64,000 nucleotides of DNA, from positions 7,688,001-7,752,000 of the forward strand of contig OZ024762.1 in the NCBI GenBank assembly GCA_964016885.1, given 5' to 3'. The translations under genes were made by a program, and so were the position numbers. The notes under the pieces are model-generated. The model was not told where the DNA came from and ran no database searches. It was given only the letters and a program-made list of their open reading frames with translations. This document shows, piece by piece, positions 56,820-64,000 of this stretch; position 1 is the first letter of the stretch; each line of letters starts with the position of its first letter. The DNA is from Eledone cirrhosa. Its lineage: Eukaryota.

Positions 56820-58645
56820 GTAGATGTAACACAGATGTACCTACTGTTTCTAGATGTAACACAGGTGTATCTACTGTCTCTAGATGTAACACAGATGTAT
56901 CTACTGTCTCTAGATGTAACACAGGTGTACCTACTGTCTCTAGATGTAACACAGATGTACCTACTGTTTCTAGATGTAACACAGGTGTATCTACTGTCTC
57001 TAGATGTAACACAGGTGTACCTACTGTCTCTAGATGTAACACAGGTGTATCTACTGTCTCTAGATGTAACACAGGTGTACCTACTGTCTCTAGATGTAAC
57101 ACAGATGTATCTACTGTCTCTAGATGTAACACAGGTGTATCTACTGTCTCTAGATATAACACAGGTGTACCTACTGTCTCTAGATGTAACACAGGTGTAT
57201 CTACTGTCTCTAGATGTAACACAGGTGTACCTACTGTCTCTAGATTTAACACAGGTGTACCTACTGTCTCTAGATGTAACACAGATGTACCTACTGTCTC
57301 TAGATGTAACAGGTGTACCAACTGTCTCTAGATGTAACACATGTGTACCTGCTGTCTCTAGATGTAACACAGGTGTACCTACTGTCTCTAGATGTAACAC
57401 AGATGTACCTACTGTCTCTAGATGTAACACGTGTACCTGCTGTCTCTAGATGTAACACAGGTGTACCTACTGTCTCTAGATGTAACACAGATGTATCTAC
57501 TGTCTCTAGATGTAACACAGGTGTACCTACTGTCTCTAGATGTAACACAGGTGTACCTACTGTCTCTAGATGTAACACAGATGTATCTACTGTCTCTAGA
57601 TGTAACACAGGTGTATCTACTGTCTCTAGATATAACACAGGTGTACCTACTGTCTCTAGATGTAACACAGATGTATCTACTGTCTCTAGATGTAACACAG
57701 GTGTATCTACTGTCTCTAGATATAACACAGGTGTACCTACTGTCTCTAGATTTAACACAGGTGTACCTACTGTCTCTAGATGTAACACAGATGTACCTAC
57801 TGTCTCTAGATGTAACAGGTGTACCAACTGTCTCTAGATGTAACACATGTGTACCTGCTGTCTCTAGATGTAACACAGGTGTACCTACTGTCTCTAGATG
57901 TAACACAGATGTACCTACTGTCTCTAGATGTAACACGTGTACCTGCTGTCTCTAGATGTAACACAGGTGTACCTACTGTCTCTAGATGTAACACAGATGT
58001 ATCTACTGTCTCTAGATGTAACACAGGTGTACCTACTGTCTCTAGATGTAACACAGGACCTACTGTCTCTAGATGTAACACAGATGTATCTACTGTCTCT
58101 AGATGTAACACAGGTGTATCTACTGTCTCTAGATATAACACAGGTGTACCTACTGTCTCTAGATGTAACACAGATGTATCTACTGTCTCTAGATGTAACA
58201 CAGGTGTATCTACTGTCTCTAGATATAACACAGGTGTACCTACTGTCTCTAGATGTAACACAGGTGTATCTACTGTCTCTAGATGTAACACAGGTGTACC
58301 TACTGTCTCTAGATTTAACACAGGTGTACCTACTGTCTCTAGATGTAACACAGATGTACCTACTGTCTCTAGATGTAACAGGTGTACCAACTGTCTCTAG
58401 ATGTAACACATGTGTACCTGCTGTCTCTAGATGTAACACAGGTGTACCTACTGTCTCTAGATGTAACACAGATGTACCTACTGTCTCTAGATGTAACACG
58501 TGTACCTGCTGTCTCTAGATGTAACACAGGTGTACCTACTGTCTCTAGATGTAACACAGATGTACCTACTGTCTCTAGATGTAACACAGATGTACCTGCC
58601 GTCCCTAGATGTAACACAGGTGTATCTACTGTCTCTAGATGAAAC
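56820..58645. repeat. 30-bp minisatellite, about 60 copies, with higher-order duplications
   Basis: Unit tagatgtaacacaggtgtacctactgtctc; a marker variant recurs near 57308, 57814, 58377. Confidence 0.93.
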
Positions 58646-58683
58646 AAAGGTGTACCCGTTGTCATTGATCCCTTTTGCCGATT

Positions 58684-58725
58684 GTTTCTACAGGACTAGA
58701 ACTGTTTCATTCGGGAAAAATCATC
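58684..58725 (-). ncRNA. Truncated HH-C hammerhead core
   Basis: Minus strand CTGATGA-tttttcccgaat-GAAA-cagttctagtcctg-TA-gaaac; stem I lost. Confidence 0.5.
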
Positions 58726-59064
58726 AGATGGATAGATAGATAGATGAACGAGAACGGATTTCTCAGTCACCGTTATAACTAGCCCCCAAAACAACCTCCA
58801 CCACCACCACCACCATCTGCCCCACCACATCCACGACCACCACTACCATCTGCCTCGACACATCCACCACCACCACCATCTGCCTCACCACATCCACCAC
58901 CACCACCACCATCTGCCCCACCACATCCACCAACACCACCACCATGCCTCCCCCACCCCACCACCATCGTGCCCTAATAACGATCATTGAACTCCCAACA
59001 CATGCATCATTCCACATCAGACTCTCCTCCACTCCCAACACCTTCCCGTCTTCACAGCTTAATC

Positions 59065-60220
59065 CACTACCACCACTACCACTGCCACCACCACCACTAC
59101 CACCACCACCACCACCACCACTATTACTCCCACCCCCACCACTACTACCACTACCACCACTACCACTACTATCACTACCACTACCACCACCACTACTACT
59201 ACTACCACCACTACCACTACCACTACCACCACTACCACCACCACTACCACCACTAACACCACCACCAGCACCACTACCACCATCACCACTACCACCACTA
59301 TTACCCCCACCCCACCACTACTACCACTACCACTACCACCACCACCGCTACCACCACTACTACCACCGCCACCTCCACTACTACCACTACCACTACCACC
59401 ACTACCACCACCACCACTACCACCACCACTACCACCACCACCACTACCACCACCACCACCACTACTACCACTACCACTACCACCACTACCACCACCACCA
59501 CAACTACTACCACCACCACCATCACTACTACCACTACCCCCACCACCACTACTACCACTACCACTACCACCGCCACCGCCACCACTACCACCATCACCAC
59601 TACTACCACCACCACCACCACTACCACCACCACTACAACCACCAGCACCACCCCACCACTACCACCACCACCACCACCACCACCACTAACCACCCCCCCC
59701 CCCCCCCCACTACCACTACCGCCACCACCACTACCCCCCCACTACCACTACCCCCCCCCCCACTACCACCACCACCACCGCCACCACCACCGCCACCACC
59801 ACCACCACCACCACCACCACCACCACCACCACCACCACCACCACCACCACCACCACCACCACCACCACTACCACTACCACCACTACTACCACTACCACTA
59901 CCACCACCACCACTACGGTTATCGATAAACAATGAACGCCGGCTCATTTCACCGCCATGTTTATTGCAACCTGTAGCTGTAGTGTGTGTGAGGGTGGCGG
60001 CGGTGGTGGTGTGAGGGTGGCGGCGGCGGTGGTGGTGGTGGTGTGGTGGTGGTGTGAGGGTGGCGGTGGCGGTGGTGGTGGTGGTGTGGTGGTGGTGTGA
60101 GGGTGGCGGTGGCGGTGGTGGTGGTGGCGGCGGTGGTGGTGTGAGGGTGGCGGTGGCGGTGGTGGTGGTGGCGGCGGCGGTGGTGTGAGGGTGGCGGTGG
60201 TGGTGTGGTGGTGGTGTGGT
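59065..60220. repeat. (CCA/CTA)n then (GGT/GGC)n microsatellite blocks
   Basis: Direct inspection. Confidence 0.85.
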
Positions 60221-60589
60221 GTTTGTGTCTGTGTGTGCGAGCACGTACTCATGTGTGTGAGAATGCGTGTATATGTATGTATGGATATGTATCATATGTA
60301 TACGTATGTGTGTATGTGTGTGCGTATGTACGTATGTGTGTTATGTGTATTTATTTATATGTATATGCATGTATATATATATGTATATGTATAAGTATGT
60401 ATATGTATGTATACGTATGTATATGTATGGATATGCATGTGTATATATATATATATATGTATATCTATATATGTGTATGTATTTTTGTGTATATGTATGT
60501 ATGTGTGTACGTATATATATGTGCGTATATGGACGTGTATGAGTGTATGTGTGTATATGTATTTATATGCATATATATCTATATATATA

Positions 60590-60632
<43 letters not shown>

Positions 60633-60813
60633 ATGTATATGTGTATATATATATATATGTGTGTGTATGTATATGTGTATATATATACATGTATATACTA
60701 TATATATGTGTGTGTGTGTGTATATATATATATGTGTGTGTGTGCATATATATGTATATGTATATCACACGTGTGTGTATGTATATGTGTATATATATAT
60801 ATATATGTGTGTA

Positions 60814-60860
<47 letters not shown>

Positions 60861-60897
60861 GTGTGTATGTATATGTATATATATATGTATATATATA

Positions 60898-60963
<66 letters not shown>

Positions 60964-61809
60964 GTGTATGTGTGTGTATGTATATATAAGTGTGTGTCTG
61001 TCTGTGTCAGTGTCCCCTGTATGACTCACCGTTTCAAAACTATCAGGTTTCTGGAATATTCCTACATATTTGCCTCCCTTTACCTTAATTGTAGCAGCAG
61101 CAGTAGTAGTAGTAGTGATAGTTGTAGAAGTGGTAGTAATGGTGATAGTAGTGTGTTAGTAGCGTAGTAGTGGTAGTAATATTAGAGGTAGTTGTTGAGG
61201 TGGTAGTAGTAGTGGTAGTAGTGGTGGTAGTAATGGTGATAGTAGTGTGTTAGTAGCGGTGGTAGTAGTAGTAATATTAGAGGTAGTTGTTGAGGTGGTA
61301 GTAGTAGTGGTAGTAGTGGTGGTAGTAATGGTGGGGATGATTGTGGTGGTGGTGGTGGTGGTAGTGGTGGTGGTGGTGGTGGTAGTGGTGGTGGTGGTGG
61401 TGATTGTGGTGGTAGTGGTGGTGGGGAGGATTGTGGTGGTGGTGATGGTGGTAGTGGTGGTGGTGATGATTGTGGTGGTGGTGGTGGTAGTGGTGGTAGT
61501 GGTGGTGGTGGTGGTGATTGTGGTGGTGGTGGTAGTGGTGGTGGTGGTAGTGGTGGTGGGGATGATTGTAGTGGTGGTGGTGGTGGTAGTGGTGGTGGGG
61601 ATGATTGTGGTGGTGGTGATGGTGGTAGTGGTGGTGGTGATGATTGTGGTGGTGGTAGTGGTAGTGGTGATCTAGTATATCCCTTTACTTTAAATGGTTG
61701 AAAGTTGTGAATTGTGGAACATTTGGCTGCTATTTCCAGCAAGTTGAGCTATCACAAAGTAGCTTCCTTTAGTTCCAGTAGTAGTAGTAGTAGTAGCAGC
61801 AGCAGCAAC

Positions 61810-61852
<43 letters not shown>

Positions 61853-62114
61853 ATAGTAGCAGCAGTAGTACTAGTACTACTAGTAGTAGTTGTATTAGTG
61901 GTAGTAGTAGTAGATTTTTAGTAGTAGTAGTAGTTGTGTGGTATTAGTAGTAGCAGCAACAGCAGCAGTAGTAGTATTAGTACTACTACTACTACTATAG
62001 TAGTAGTAGTAGTAGTAGTAGTAGAGGCGGTAGTAGTTTTTGTAGTAGTAGTAGTAGTAGTTGTACTAGTAGTCGTAGTAGTAGTTGTAATAGTAGTAGT
62101 TGAAGTAATATTAA

Positions 62115-62170
<56 letters not shown>

Positions 62171-62216
62171 TTAGTAGTAGTAGTAGCAGCAATAGTAGTA
62201 GTAGTAGTAGCAGCAA

Positions 62217-62257
<41 letters not shown>

Positions 62258-62684
62258 CTGGGGTCAATTCTTCCTCTATATTTCTCTCGCCTTCTTCACA
62301 AGATATCGGCTGTGTTTAAACCTGGAGAGTGATGGCTTCTCCTAGGTTTAAGGTAACCAACACGGGCCATATTTCCTCACGACGTCCATACGACTCCATC
62401 AAGAGTTATGGTTCTGTACAGTGTATGGCTTGAGAGAGACTTGTCTGCTATTTCTAGCAGATCAAGTGACCCTCCTGAGCCCCCCCCCTTCCTTCACCAA
62501 CTCCTATATGAACATACTTAATTTACCTTGGTAACACTCCCCTGTGTTCACCGGACTGTAACCACACACGTGTGTAGTCCAGAGAACGTCACTAACCAGG
62601 GTTGGCGTCTAACATCTTCGTACTGTTTAATAACGTCTAACGTCTTCGTACCAAACATAAAAAAAATATATATATTTCTTTTAG

Positions 62685-62898
62685 ATGGGCAGAAATCGGT
62701 GGAGCGCCGGATAAAATGCCTCGTGGTATTTAATAAAGACCCTTTACGTGTTCAGTTCAAATCTCACCAAGAACAGCTTTACATTTCATTCTTCTGAGGG
62801 TCGATAAAATAAAGTACCAGTTAAATACTAGGGTCGTTTTAATCGACGCTTATCCTCCCACAAAATTGCCGGCCTTGTGCCTAAATTAGAACAAAATT
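62685..62898 (+). mobile_element. Diverged SINE family A copy
   Basis: gggcagaaatcggtggagcg…agttcaaatc…gtcgataaaataaagtaccagt…ggccttgtgcctaaattagaa. Confidence 0.68.
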
Positions 62899-63242
62899 AT
62901 CATTCATGTACATTTCTGCGTCAATGGATGGGGAGATGCAGAGTGTGAATAGAGATATGTTATATATCCCAACCGCGGCTCCATGTACTCGCCGAACCGC
63001 TTGGTACCGTGGTCGGGATTTTACATCTCAGTCTGGTCTTTCTTATTTCCTGTTCTAGTACAGTTTGACATAAAATTCATCTCATCCTATATGGCTCTTG
63101 CGTCGTTCCTACCGTGTCCCACACGACTCCATCAGAGGTAACGAACCCATACATACATCTATAGAGCAATGAATATACTAACCTATGTCCTAAAATAGAG
63201 GAAAATTAAGCTATCTCCCTAGATAGGAAACAGTAGCAACCC

Positions 63243-63323
<81 letters not shown>

Positions 63324-63351
63324 TATATACATATATATATATATGGGGGGT

Positions 63352-63397
<46 letters not shown>

Positions 63398-63406
63398 GGG
63401 GGTGTG

Positions 63407-63462
<56 letters not shown>

Positions 63463-63521
63463 TTATAAATATATATATATCATATATATACATACACATA
63501 AATCTATACATACATACATAC

Positions 63522-63554
<33 letters not shown>

Positions 63555-63625
63555 AATATATATATATGTGTGTGTATGTGGGTGTATTTGTATGTATATA
63601 ATTGGCGTGTATGTATATATGTCTA

Positions 63626-63730
<105 letters not shown>

Positions 63731-63789
63731 ATATTTATGTATGTATATACACACATATATATATATATATGTGTGTATATTTATGTATG

Positions 63790-64000
<211 letters not shown>

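Noticed and set aside
56697-58739. ORFs of repeated LLSLDVTQVY decapeptides, LRR-like
   Set aside because: 30-bp minisatellite with frame-breaking 27-28-bp units; open on both strands.

Overview
Eukaryotic, extremely microsatellite-rich genomic DNA. The tRNA-derived SINEs resemble those I recall from octopus, so an octopod cephalopod is likely (inference). Almost all listed ORFs are simple-repeat artefacts. One real multi-exon gene runs on the minus strand: a Tie-like receptor tyrosine kinase. It has a candidate signal-peptide exon at 45057-45141, a ~30 kb intron, seven phase-1 EGF-like exons (15091 to 9526), a transmembrane exon (8287-8459) and four kinase exons (5921 to 2244); the kinase C-terminus is not in the window. 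One EGF exon carries indels and a stop. Introns and upstream DNA hold CR1-type LINE fragments, RTE-LINE 3' ends expanded into 123-bp arrays, several SINE families and many minisatellites. The most striking hidden feature is about a dozen minimal hammerhead ribozyme motifs from at least five sequence families (Penelope-like pLTR type), mostly sitting in (TA)n tracts and often duplicated as inverted fold-backs. A further seven-copy family carries only the 3' half of a hammerhead, mirrored about its presumed stem II. There is also a ~440-bp palindromic element with two convergent tRNA-like Pol III promoters.
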